This document shows positions 50,517 through 60,913 of a stretch of 64,000 bases of DNA, one piece after another. The position numbers and the translations under genes are program-made. The notes under the pieces were generated by a model. The model worked only from the letters and a program-made list of their open reading frames with translations. It was not told where the DNA came from and searched no databases. Position 1 is the first letter of the stretch; each line of letters opens with the position of its first letter. This stretch comes from Mobula hypostoma (taxonomy: Eukaryota), in contig NC_086097.1 of NCBI RefSeq assembly GCF_963921235.1, forward strand, positions 57,414,001 through 57,478,000, given 5' to 3'.

Positions 50517-51998
50517 CAGGTTTCCCCTGCCATCCGAAGGTAGAGCATTCCTATGAAACGGTTCGTAAGCCAAAATGTGGTAAAGCGAAGAAGCAATTAC
50601 CATTTATTTATATGGGAAAATTTTGTGAGCATTTGCAGACCCAAAAATAACCTACCAAATCATGCCAAATAACACATAAAACCTAAAATAACAGTAACAT
50701 ATAGTAAAAGCAGGAATGATATGATAAATACACAGCCTATATAAAGTAGAAATACTTTTACAGTCATTACTGAACTGTTCTCGGTAGCGAAAATCTCGCG
50801 CACGTGCCATCGGTTGAAAATCTTACGCAAGCGCTGTTGGCAAAAACACGGTGCAAGCGCTCTCCAGTAACCTTTAAGCTATGAAGCTGCCAAATCATAC
50901 CAAACAACACGTAAAAATACACAGCCTATATAAAGTAGAAATAATGTATGTACAGTATAGTATCACTTACCGGAATTGGGAAGACAGCGCCGAGCACACT
51001 GATGGCGTGTTAGGCTGAGTTGTCGCAGGTTGGGGTGGTGCAGTGGCCCCCACCCTCCGGGCCGCCGACTGATACATTGCCGTGAAGCATGCAGGGATCC
51101 AGCGGTAGCCGGGAGGCACACAGCACATCTTTAAGAAAAAAGCCAAAACAAACATGCTAATTAATTAGGTGCCGCCCAGCACATAATTGCCGGCAGCACC
51201 TAATTAATTAGCATGTTTATTTCGGCTTTTTTCTTAAAGATGTGCTGTGTGCCTCCGGGCTAACGTTGCATTCTCCGCGAATCGGTATCTGTCCATGGCC
51301 TGGGGGTTGGGGTGGTGGGATACTGGGGTGTCATCTCGTCGTCTGTTTCCATTAGAGCAGGCAGCTCATCTTCTTCTATCTCTGCTCGCCTCGATGTCGA
51401 AGGTCGAGGTTCGCCGTCTGCTGTGGCTGATGTGGAAGGCTTGCTTGACTGCTGAGCCTTGCGCATTTTAGATCATACAGCTCTTTCTAAGGACTCAAAC
51501 CATCCTGCAAATATCCCTTAAACCGATGTACCCTTTCAAAATTAAAGTCGTACTTTATCATTACTCATTCGGTTTCGATTGTTATCCTTTTTTCTTCTAA
51601 TTGCATCAGCTCTTCATCTGTCAGTTCTTGGTCATGGGATGCCAAGACCTCTTTAACATCATCTTCGTCAGCTTCCACAAGCCAAACTCATTTTGTCCTT
51701 ACTTCATTCACCACGATCGAAACGCTTAATTATGTCTAGTTTTACGCTAAGTGTAACACCCTTACGAGCTCCTTTAGGCTTTTCCAATACCATAGAACTC
51801 ATCTTGCAAACGGCTGCTCACAGGCACGTGTTAAAGCAATGCAATTCCAAATCCAGGGGAGCGGCTGCTTGGGGCACGTGCTGATTTTTTTTCGTAACAG
51901 TGAAAACACTTTCTGAAAGCGAAAACAGGGTACTAATGTAGGTCTTTCGTAACAGTGAGGTTTCATAAAGCGAACGTTCAAAAAGCGGGGGACGCCTG
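50517..51998 (-). mobile_element. Tigger/pogo-like non-autonomous DNA transposon
   Basis: TA|CAGGTTTCCCC ... GGGGGACGCCTG|TA; remnants of the N-terminal HTH (KPK.ARKGVTLSVKLDIIKRF) and acidic C-terminus; internal palindrome. Confidence 0.85.
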
Positions 51999-52246
51999 TA
52001 CTGAATAAAGATATACTAACTATGAGCTTTGAGAGAATATTTATCATCCAAGCGGGAAAAGACCAATCAAAAGAATTCTACCTATGATTTTATTTACAGA
52101 AGGTTAGCTATGTGAGGGCATTTCACCATTGCACTACATTTGATGTTGTATAAGCCCTACTGGAACACTTGTTCAGTGTCCTTCATTCCTTGGCTCTAGG
52201 AACACCTGAAAAGCACAGCATATTTGCAAACTAGTTTCCTTTTCAT

Positions 52247-52768
52247 GTTGAGTAGCATCTGTGGAGGCTATGTGGATGAATGTTTTTGGTGCAGAACCTC
52301 CATCAGGACTGAGAGTGTTGAGGGAGCATGGTCAGTATAGTGAGGTGGGGGCTTGCAGGTGATAGGTAGAACCAGCTGAGGAGCTGGTTGAAGGGGAGAT
52401 GCAGCTCGATGGAGGAGGATTGGAGTTGGGAGACAGCAGCTGCTGGGTGTTAGGTAGAGGAGGGAGAGGGAGAGATTATGGAGCCAGGTAAGGGAAGGTG
52501 AAGGATAAAGGTTGATGGGCTGGAAGATGATGTGGAGATTTAAGAGGCTGCCTATTCTCGAATATGGTGGTAAATACCTCCAGCAAAGGAAGGGAGGAAC
52601 CAATTGGGGGAGGGGAATAGGAGACTCCTTATCAGCTAGCTGTACAATGTGTAGATGCAGGCAGATGGGAGCGTGGAGAGGGTAGAACTTGGGTGGATCA
52701 GGAGAGAGAAAGAATGTTACCTGTGATTGTTGAGTTCTAGATTACAGCATCTGCAGTATCTTGTGTCG
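52247..52768 (-). mobile_element. Penelope 3' fragment with inverted tail
   Basis: Perfect 16-bp TSD CTAGTTTCCTTTTCAT (52231-52246, 52769-52784); degenerate hammerhead near 52275-52312; inverted tail cagcatctgcagtatcttgtgtc. Confidence 0.8.
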
Positions 52769-53734
52769 CTAGTTTCCTTTTCATAGTTTAAATTGCTAGT
52801 TAGTGGATGTAAAAGGTACAATGCACTTACCAAGAAAGTGATTTAATGAGATGAATAGATACACAAATCATATGTAAAGTCAGCTCTTAATTTTTCCAGA
52901 TAATTTTGTTCCATGTTAAAACAAAACACTGAGTATTTAATATTTGTTGTCTTTGCATTTTGCTGAGGCATTTTTTGAAAGTCCATTCTGATTTTCTAAA
53001 GCAATATTATCGTACTCTTAAAGTTTAACTTTTTTAGTAGATATTAATTGATTATACATTTATCAGACTGATAAGAAAAAGGCAGAGCAGATCAGTTAGT
53101 TTTAAAATTTAGGAGAAAATTGAAAAGCATTACTTGTTTCCATTTTGAATTCGTTGTTACCAGATTTAGTGTGTTTGATATTTGTTACGTTGCATTTTTG
53201 GCCTAAACATTTGTCTGGGAATCATATTGCATTATTGACAGTGTCTAGTTGTATATATATTTTCTGATTCTATTTCTATGATCACAGTACCTTCCCTGTA
53301 CTACACAAGTAACTGTTGCACACTCAAAGACACTTGATCTTTTCATTGCTGTGAAAGTAATGAAAGGATCTATTATCACAGGATTATAAAACATAGGAGT
53401 AGAATTAGGCCACTTGGCCCATTGGTCTGCTCTGCCATTCCATTATTACTGATTTATTACTCCTCCCAACTCCATTGTCCTGCTTTCTCCCATAAAGCTT
53501 GATGCCCTGACTAATCAGGAACCTATCAACCTCTACTTTAAATATACCCAATGACTTGACCTCTACAGCCAACTCTGCCAATGAATTCTTCGGATTCACC
53601 ACCCTCTGGCTAAAGAAATTACTCATCTGTTCGAAAGGGGTGTCCATCTATTCTGAGGCTGTGCCCTCTGGTCCTGGATTCACCCACTGTAGGAAACATC
53701 TTCTCCATGTCCACTGTATCTAGGCCTTTCAATA

Positions 53735-55346
53735 CAGGTTTCCTCCACCATCCGAAGGTAGAGCATTCCTATGAAACGGTTCGTAAGCTGGAATGTCGTA
53801 AAGCAAAGAAGCAATTACCATTTATTTATATGGGAAAAATTTGTGAGCGTTCACAGACCCAAAAATAACCTACCAAATAACACATAAAACCTAAAATAAT
53901 AGTAACATATAGTAAAAGCAGGAATGATATGATAAATACACAGCCTATATAAACTGGAAATACTTCTCTACAACGATTGCCTGCACTGTTCTCTGTAGCG
54001 AAAATCTCATGCAAGCGCTCTCGGCAGAAACACTCTCTCCAGTAACCTTTAAGCTATGAAGCTGCCAAATCATACCAAATAACATGTAAAAATACACAGC
54101 CTATATAAAGTAGAAATAATGTATGTACAGTGTAATATCACTTACAGAAATCGGGAAGACAGCATCGAGCACACTGATGGTGTGTTAGGCTGAGTCTCGG
54201 AGGCTGGGGTGGTGCAGTGGCGCCCACCCTCCGGGCAGCGAACCGATACTGATCCGTGAAGCATGCAGGGGTCCAGCAGTAGTCCAGCAGTAGCTAGGAC
54301 GCACCCAGCACATCTTTCAGAAAAAAGATGAAATAAACAAGCTAATTAATTAGGTGCCACCCGGCACGTACATGTCGGCCCAGATCACAGACAATTGCCG
54401 ATTGCGTCGCCTCTGATCTGGGCCAACATTTACATGCCAGGCGGCACCTAATTAATTAGCTTGTTTATTTCGGCTTTTTTCTTAAAGATGTGCTGGATGC
54501 CTCCCGGCTACCGCTGCATTCTCCGCAAATCGGTATCTGTCCGCGGCCCGGGGGTTGGGACCACTGGGTTGATGGGACACGTGTGTCATCTCATCGTCGA
54601 TCAGGGCAGGCAGGTCATCTTCTTCTATGTCTGCCTGCCTCGATGTCAAAGGTCGAGGTTCGTCGTCTGCTGTGGAAGGCTTGAAAAACGACATTATGCT
54701 TGACTGCTTAGCCTCACGCATTTTTCTATCATACAGTTCTTTGTAAGCACTCAAACCATCTTGCAAATATGCCCTAAACCAACGTACCCTTTCAAAATTA
54801 AAGTTGTACTTTATCATTGCAGTGAAAATCTCACGCAGTTGCTTCACGTTCAGTTCCTGGACGACTTCAGTTTCGGTCCGTTCGCTGCTGCATTCGGTTT
54901 TGATCGTTATCCTTTCCTCTTCCAATTGCATCAGCTCTTCATCTATCAGTTCTTGGCCATGGGATGCCAAAACCTCTCCAACATCATCTTCTTCAGCTTT
55001 CACAAGCCAAACTCACTTCGTCCTTACTTGGTTCACCACGATTGAAACGCTTAATTATGTCTAGTTTTACGCTGAGTGTAACACCCTTACGAGTTCTTTT
55101 AGGCTTTTCCGATACCTTAGGACTCATCTTGCAAACGGCTGCTCACAGGCACGCGTTTAAGCAATGCCGGCGAGAATGTCTTTCTGAATCCAGGGGAGTG
55201 CGGCTGCTCGGGGCGAGCTGCTTTTTTTCCACGCGCTACTTTATCTGCACGCTTTTTTCGTAACAGTGAAAACACCTTCTGTTAGTGAAAACAGGTAACT
55301 AATGTAGGTCTTTCGTAGCGAACGTTGGAAAAGCGGGGGACACCTG
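53735..55346 (-). mobile_element. Tigger/pogo-like non-autonomous DNA transposon (second copy)
   Basis: TA|CAGGTTTCC ... GGGGGACACCTG|TA, inserted at a TA in the CR1; MSPKVSEKPKRTRKGVTLSVKLDIIKRF joined to EEDDVGEVLASHGQELIDEELMQLE (TIGD/Tigger-like). Confidence 0.88.
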
Positions 55347-55533
55347 TATTTGATAGGTTTCAGTGAGACTCCCTCATTCTCCAGCAAATACAGGCCCAGA
55401 ACCATCAAGCTCTCCTCCTATGTTAACCCTTGCATTCCCAGAATCATTCTCATGTACCTCCTCTGGACCCTCTCCAAAACCAGCACATTTTTTCTTAGAA
55501 AAGCGGCCCAAACCTGCTCAAAATACTCTAAAT

Positions 55534-57620
55534 TAGTGATTTTCAACCGTTTTTTGGTTACGGCCCCCTTAGGAGCTCTTCTCAGATTCCAGGGCTCCCC
55601 TTTCAAACAGGGATACAATACGAACAGATAGACAGAAAATCATTTATTATTGAACACCAAGAAAACATGAACATTTCAAACATAGAGGTTTAACAGGTCA
55701 TTAAATCGTTCTTGCATATCCTTGTGTATCTGCTTGAGATGTTTCACATAAACGGTAAGATCATCGTCTTTCAGTGCCTCTGCGATCATCTTCAGGTTTG
55801 GAAATTGTAAAAATTCCTGACATCCCATAATGCGGCAATAGACTTCGAGTTTCTTAAGGAAAGAAACAATGGCTTCCTTACAATCTAAGAGTTTCTGTTT
55901 TTGCCCTGTAAGGTCTTGTTTAACAAATTAAGTTTCTGAAAGATATCTGCCAGATAAAATATGTCCGCCTTAGCATCAACGCGTCTTTCTCCATGCTCTT
56001 TATCAGACATGAAGGAAACTGGTGTCCCAGAGTGTAACAAAACATTGAAGAGTTTCCCTTGGAAAGCCACCTTACGTTGGTATGCAGCAGCAACATCCGG
56101 AAGACTTCATCTTTTTCTTCACTCAGCTGTCAGAAAAGACGATCCTGAAAGGCATGGGATTTGATGAGTTTACAGCCTTTATGGCAACTGAAAGCGAAAG
56201 ATTGAGACATCCTCCTAAGATTTAGCTAATAGGTGCTCCCTGTGAATGACACAATGAATAGTAAAGACAGAAGGTGTAACTCTTTTTAGATTGGCGGTGA
56301 ATCCTCTATCAACCAGCCATAGAAGTGGCACCGTCAGTTGCACAAGCAGTTATATTCTCCATTGGAATATTGTTCTCGCTTAAGTAAGTTCTGACTTCTT
56401 CAAAAAATAGACAGTCCCTTAGAATCAGTTTTAATCCTCCTGACAAACAACATCTCTTCTATCAGTTCGTTTCCATTCCAGAATCTCACATAAGCCATTA
56501 GAAGAGCATTGTTTTCTTGTAAAGTAGTTTTGTCTAATTGTAAAGAGAATTTCTTGGATTGTAATGAACTGACCAATCCCTCTTCAATGTCCCGTGCCAT
56601 CTCATCAATTCTTCTGGCAACAGTAGAATTACTCTAAGGAATTGCCTGAATTGTTTCTTTGGCACCCAAATTCGTGACATCAGATATTATTATGGACACT
56701 GAAGGCAAGGTAAATGACTCAATGTTGTGAGCATTTCCAGTTTTAGCAATCAGTTTACTAATTTTGTATGATGCAACAAGACCTTTCTCTAAGTTCTGTG
56801 ACGTTTGAGTAAGCATTTGTTTCAGCATTGGCCTTCCCTCGAAATTATCTAAGGTTTTTGAAGAAATCTAACTGTTTATCCTTCTTCTCTGTATGCAAGG
56901 TATCCAAATGTTTTTTTTCCCCCTATTTGCTTGGCGTCATATTTTCATTTGACAATGTAGTCATGCAGTTGAAACACATGGGCAAAGATGGGTTTTGCAG
57001 AGATGCGATGAAACCATACGACAAGTATTCCACTGAATACTGCTGACACTTTTTTCACCAAGGAACTCATGGGTAGAATTATTTCTGAAAATAATAAGCA
57101 CACGAAATACAGATACATTGACAAAAAATGCTGTCACCCGGAGCCAGGGAGTTTTTTTTTGGTGACTTCATATGCAGTAATAAACACTTTTCACAACCTA
57201 CCTTAACGTATAATATATCCAAACACATATACTTTAAAATTACTAGGCTAAAAAAGGCCTAGCAAGACACGCTGATCTTTGGAAAATGAAGTATGGCAAT
57301 AATTGATGCGAGAACCCTTGATTGAATACGTTGACCCGGTGCAGTCTGATTCACCACTGACTCTGAAGTGAGGCTGTGTGGGAGGAGTTTAAGCAATGAA
57401 TTTACCAGGTGTGCTGAATTCATACTGTGTTGGAAAGATATGAAAAATAGGAGGGAAACTATTGACTCCAATGAAAGTTGCTGCTTGGATATTTCATCGG
57501 TTCAGTTACCAGGGCCCCCATAAACCCTTGGGGCTCCCCTTCTCAGTTTTCAGTTGGTGGCCCCCTTCAAATGTGCCAGGGCCCCCAGAGGGGCCATATG
57601 GCCCCTGTTGAGAATGGCTA
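55534..57620 (-). mobile_element. hAT Buster/Charlie-group transposon with decayed transposase
   Basis: TIRs TAGTGATTTTCAAC / GTTGAGAATGGCTA (11/14); imperfect TSD ctctaaat / gtctaaat (right copy offset 2 nt); BED-finger-like QYSVEYLSYGF...PMCFNC..TLSNE; FSLQLD...ALLMAYVRF; DIFYLADIFQKLN.LN..LQG. Confidence 0.85.
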
Positions 57621-57884
57621 GAGTCTAAATGTTTTCTGATCAATGCCTTATAAAGCCTCAGCATTATATCCTTGCTTTTATATTCTATATCTCTCAAAAT
57701 TAATGTTAACATTACATTTGCTTTCCTTACCTCTGCCTCAACCTGCAAGTTAAGATGAGGGAATCCTGTATGAGGACTCCCAAGCCCCCCTTGCACCTCT
57801 GATTTTTCAATTTTCTTCCCTTTTAGAAACAGTTTATGCCTTCATTCCTTCTACCAAAGTGCATGACCATACATTTCCCTGATG

Positions 57885-58570
57885 CTGACATATCCTAGGA
57901 CACAGTGATGTAACAGGGGATTATTGGGTGTTTTGGGTCTTTCAACATCAGACACCCTTGCCCAAGTTGATCAAGCCCTGGCTTGTGTCCCAGCAGCATT
58001 GGTCACACCTCTTGATCCATAGTCACTTAGCAGCTTCTGTGATGATCTTGATGGCACTTCTCTTTGCAGCCCTTGTAATGCGTAGGAGAGATTAGGTTCT
58101 TCAGAGTGAGCAGCCAGCAAAACCTGTACACCCCACTTCTATAGGCTTGCATCATGCTCTCCATTTCTGTCTCTGGCAGTGCTCTACCAGCTCTTGGTAT
58201 TTGGCTTTCTTAAGCACGAACACCTGCTCAATCCTGTCTTCCCAAGGCACTGTCAGTTCTATTGCGACCACCTGCTTCGAGGTTTCTGACAGAATGACCA
58301 TGTGAGGCCTCAGTGATGACAATGCGATGAAGTCAGGGAACTTTAATTGCTTGCCAAGATTGACTTTTAGTTGCCAGTCAGACACTGTGGTGAGTAAGCC
58401 TGCTGGTGACCTGGGCTGGGGCTGAGGCTGTGGTTGGTCTCTGGCTTTGACAAAAGTCATGAGTTTTCTGGGTTGGCGGAGGTGCTTACTGTTGTTAATG
58501 GCAAGGAGATATTTGCTGCCACTGGCTTCAGCACTTGGGCAAAGCACCAGTGGTAGTGGCCTTCTCCCAG
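57885..58570 (-). mobile_element. 3' fragment of a non-LTR element with restriction-like endonuclease (HERO-like)
   Basis: DWQLKVNLGKQLKFP..IA.SSLRP(H/D)MVILSE..KQV..IELTVPWEDRIE.....KKAKYQELVE.C....WRA, followed by a IEVGC.GF-like stretch. Confidence 0.78.
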
Positions 58571-59599
58571 TGCACTGTATTCCATTTGCCACTTTTTTGC
58601 CTATTCTCCCAATCTGTCTAGGTCCCTGCTTCCTCACACTACCTGACCCATCACCTATCTTTTTATTGTCTGCAAATGTGGCCACAAAGCCATCATTTCC
58701 CTTATCCAAATCATTGACATATAACATGAAAAGTGGTCCCAATACAGACTCCTGCAGAACACCGCTAGTCACTGGCAGCCAACCTGAAAAGGCCCCCATC
58801 GTTCCCTCTTTTCTTCATGCCAGTCAGCCAATCTTCAATCCATGGTGGTATTTTTCCTGTAATACAATGGGCTCTTATCTTGTGAAGCAACCTCATGTGT
58901 GCCACCTTGTCAAAGGCCTTCTGAAAATCCAAGTACACAACATACACTAACCTTGTTTATCCTGTGTCATTACATATAATATAAAGAGCTCTTTTTCTTT
59001 CTCAACAAAAATGCATCTGTAATGTCAACTTAGGTTGAAGGAAGGGCATACTTAATTGATTCAAAGTTAATTCAATAATAATAGTGATAATCATGCAAAA
59101 GTGAAATATTGAAGATTGGAAGTAAAGCAGGAAATGTGCAATATCTTTGGAGAGTAACACAAGTTAACATTTCAGATCAATAATCTTTCATCAGTTGTGA
59201 GAAATGTCATACACAAATGACCGCAAAGGTCATTTTAAAAATAAAATGAACAGGTAATATTAATCCATGGGAATCCCAAAGGCAAGGATGTATATATACA
59301 TCCAGTAGAACATATTCATGCTTTCCCTTTGTTGAATAAAAATAAATTAATTGATGGCAGATTTTCACGAAACTGTTACTAGGGTAATTTGTCACATGAT
59401 ATGTTTCTAACTGCAAATTGCATATCTTGCTTCCCATTCACTTATTACTGTATTCTTTGAACAGTATTAGTCATCGTGAATTGGATTAACACCAAATTTT
59501 TCAGACATTCCTTTTTGAAACATAATTATTGGCATAAGTACAAACATGCTTTTTGGATTTGGTATCCGTGGATTATTCATAATTATCCAATTGTATCAC

Positions 59600-59795
59600 T
59601 CAGTGGGATAGCTGTGGGTTTATGCTTCTTTCTCGAGACTTGAGATCAAAAAAAACTTTGACTTACACTAACAAAGTAATGCACTGCAATGCATTCAACT
59701 GGATAAGGCATTCAACAGAAGTCCCTTCTTTATTTCCATTGGCACTGTTTTAAAGAGTTAAGAAACTAATCCTGAGCTTCTGGTCGATATTTGAT
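59600..59795 (+). mobile_element. Degenerate Deu-domain SINE (SacSINE1-like)
   Basis: gtgggttt...gagacttgag...tgcactg...ggataag...ccattggcactgtttt...ctggtcgatattt follows the remembered order of the family consensus. Confidence 0.4.
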
Positions 59796-59879
59796 TGATA
59801 AGCAGAAAGGAACAAAAGTAAAATTTAGGTTACTTGGCAAAAAGGGTAAAACATTCTAATTGTTGGTTGATAGTTGTGG

Positions 59880-60431
59880 TTGTTAGAAGGCAGTCACCCC
59901 AGGCCCAGGACTCTGCTCTATTTCCTCTGCACAGCATCCGATACTCATCTGTTTTCATCAGTGACCCTCCCATCAACCATAAGGTCAGAAGTGAGGAGTT
60001 TCATTGGTTGCACAATCTCCATTTCCTTCTGCAATCTTTCAGCTATAGATTACATTCAAGCATGGACTGATAGAGGTATTAACAGTTACACCATAAGATT
60101 TCTGACAATTACTGAATCCAACAAAGACTAATTGCCTATCAATGATCCTCCATTAACAACTCAGGTCTCAGCATGGACAGAAACACAACCGTGTAAATAC
60201 AGTGCTTAAAAGATTTGTAGAAGCTGAAAGAGCACATTGCAAAGAATTTGCCTCATGATGCTCCAGTTGTTGAATGCGAAAGACATGTGCATCTCCCATA
60301 GCATTCAAGAAGCTCAACATAGTTGAGGATGAAAATGCAGTCTGGGTTGATATGCCACTCACCACCCTAACCATTCATTCCATCAACATCACTGCACTAT
60401 TCTGTACCTTGTACTACCTACACAATGCACT
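59880..60431 (+). mobile_element. Old L2/CR1-group LINE fragments
   Basis: Similar to 47930-48250 and 49830-50000. Confidence 0.45.
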
Positions 60432-60913
60432 TGGCAGGACACTGAAGCAGGGACCCAATCACAGACCAATTACTGTGAGCACAGTGATATTTGCTGAGTA
60501 GCAAATACATAGGGGCAACAAAGTTGGCATCAAAGTTCAGGCAGAGATCAAAAATTCCAGAAAAATCCAAAAACCAGAATTGGGAAACAGGCAGAGTTAA
60601 TATTTAGACAGACATGGTTCAGGTATGAATGCTGGAAAGGCTCAGGAAAACTCACTGGTACAATCTGGCAACAAACAGTTGAAAATACAGGACTGAAATA
60701 CACTGAGCAATAAACAGAGAGGCAGATGATAGGTGGAGCACAATGAGACACAGGTGGCAGCAAAACAGGTAATAATGAGACGGAGTACTCAGTAATACAG
60801 GGGCTGGAGTAGAGCAGGAGTGGGGGCAGGAGTACATGGCAATACAAAACCACAGACTGACAGCTAGGGGGAGAAACACACAAAAAGACAGAGTTCAACT
60901 ACAGGTACTGAGA
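60432..60913 (-). repeat. Putative 3' LTR of the Gypsy element
   Basis: Non-coding ~480 bp directly downstream of a polypurine tract (minus strand gggggaggggggtac, about 60914-60929); termini are degenerate TG..CA. Confidence 0.6.

Larger units (their letters stand above)
53385..58960 (-). mobile_element. CR1 LINE split by three later insertions
   Basis: Collinear pieces 53385-53734, 55349-55533, 57630-57880 and 58570-58960 (FFSQRVVN; LERVQRR; MLRLYKALIR; GVLQESVLGP; YLDFQKAFDKV). Confidence 0.85.

Noticed and set aside
58152..58799. 215-aa RT-nuclease fusion ORF
   Set aside because: Chance read-through across the CR1 and HERO-like junction; both parts are degenerate.
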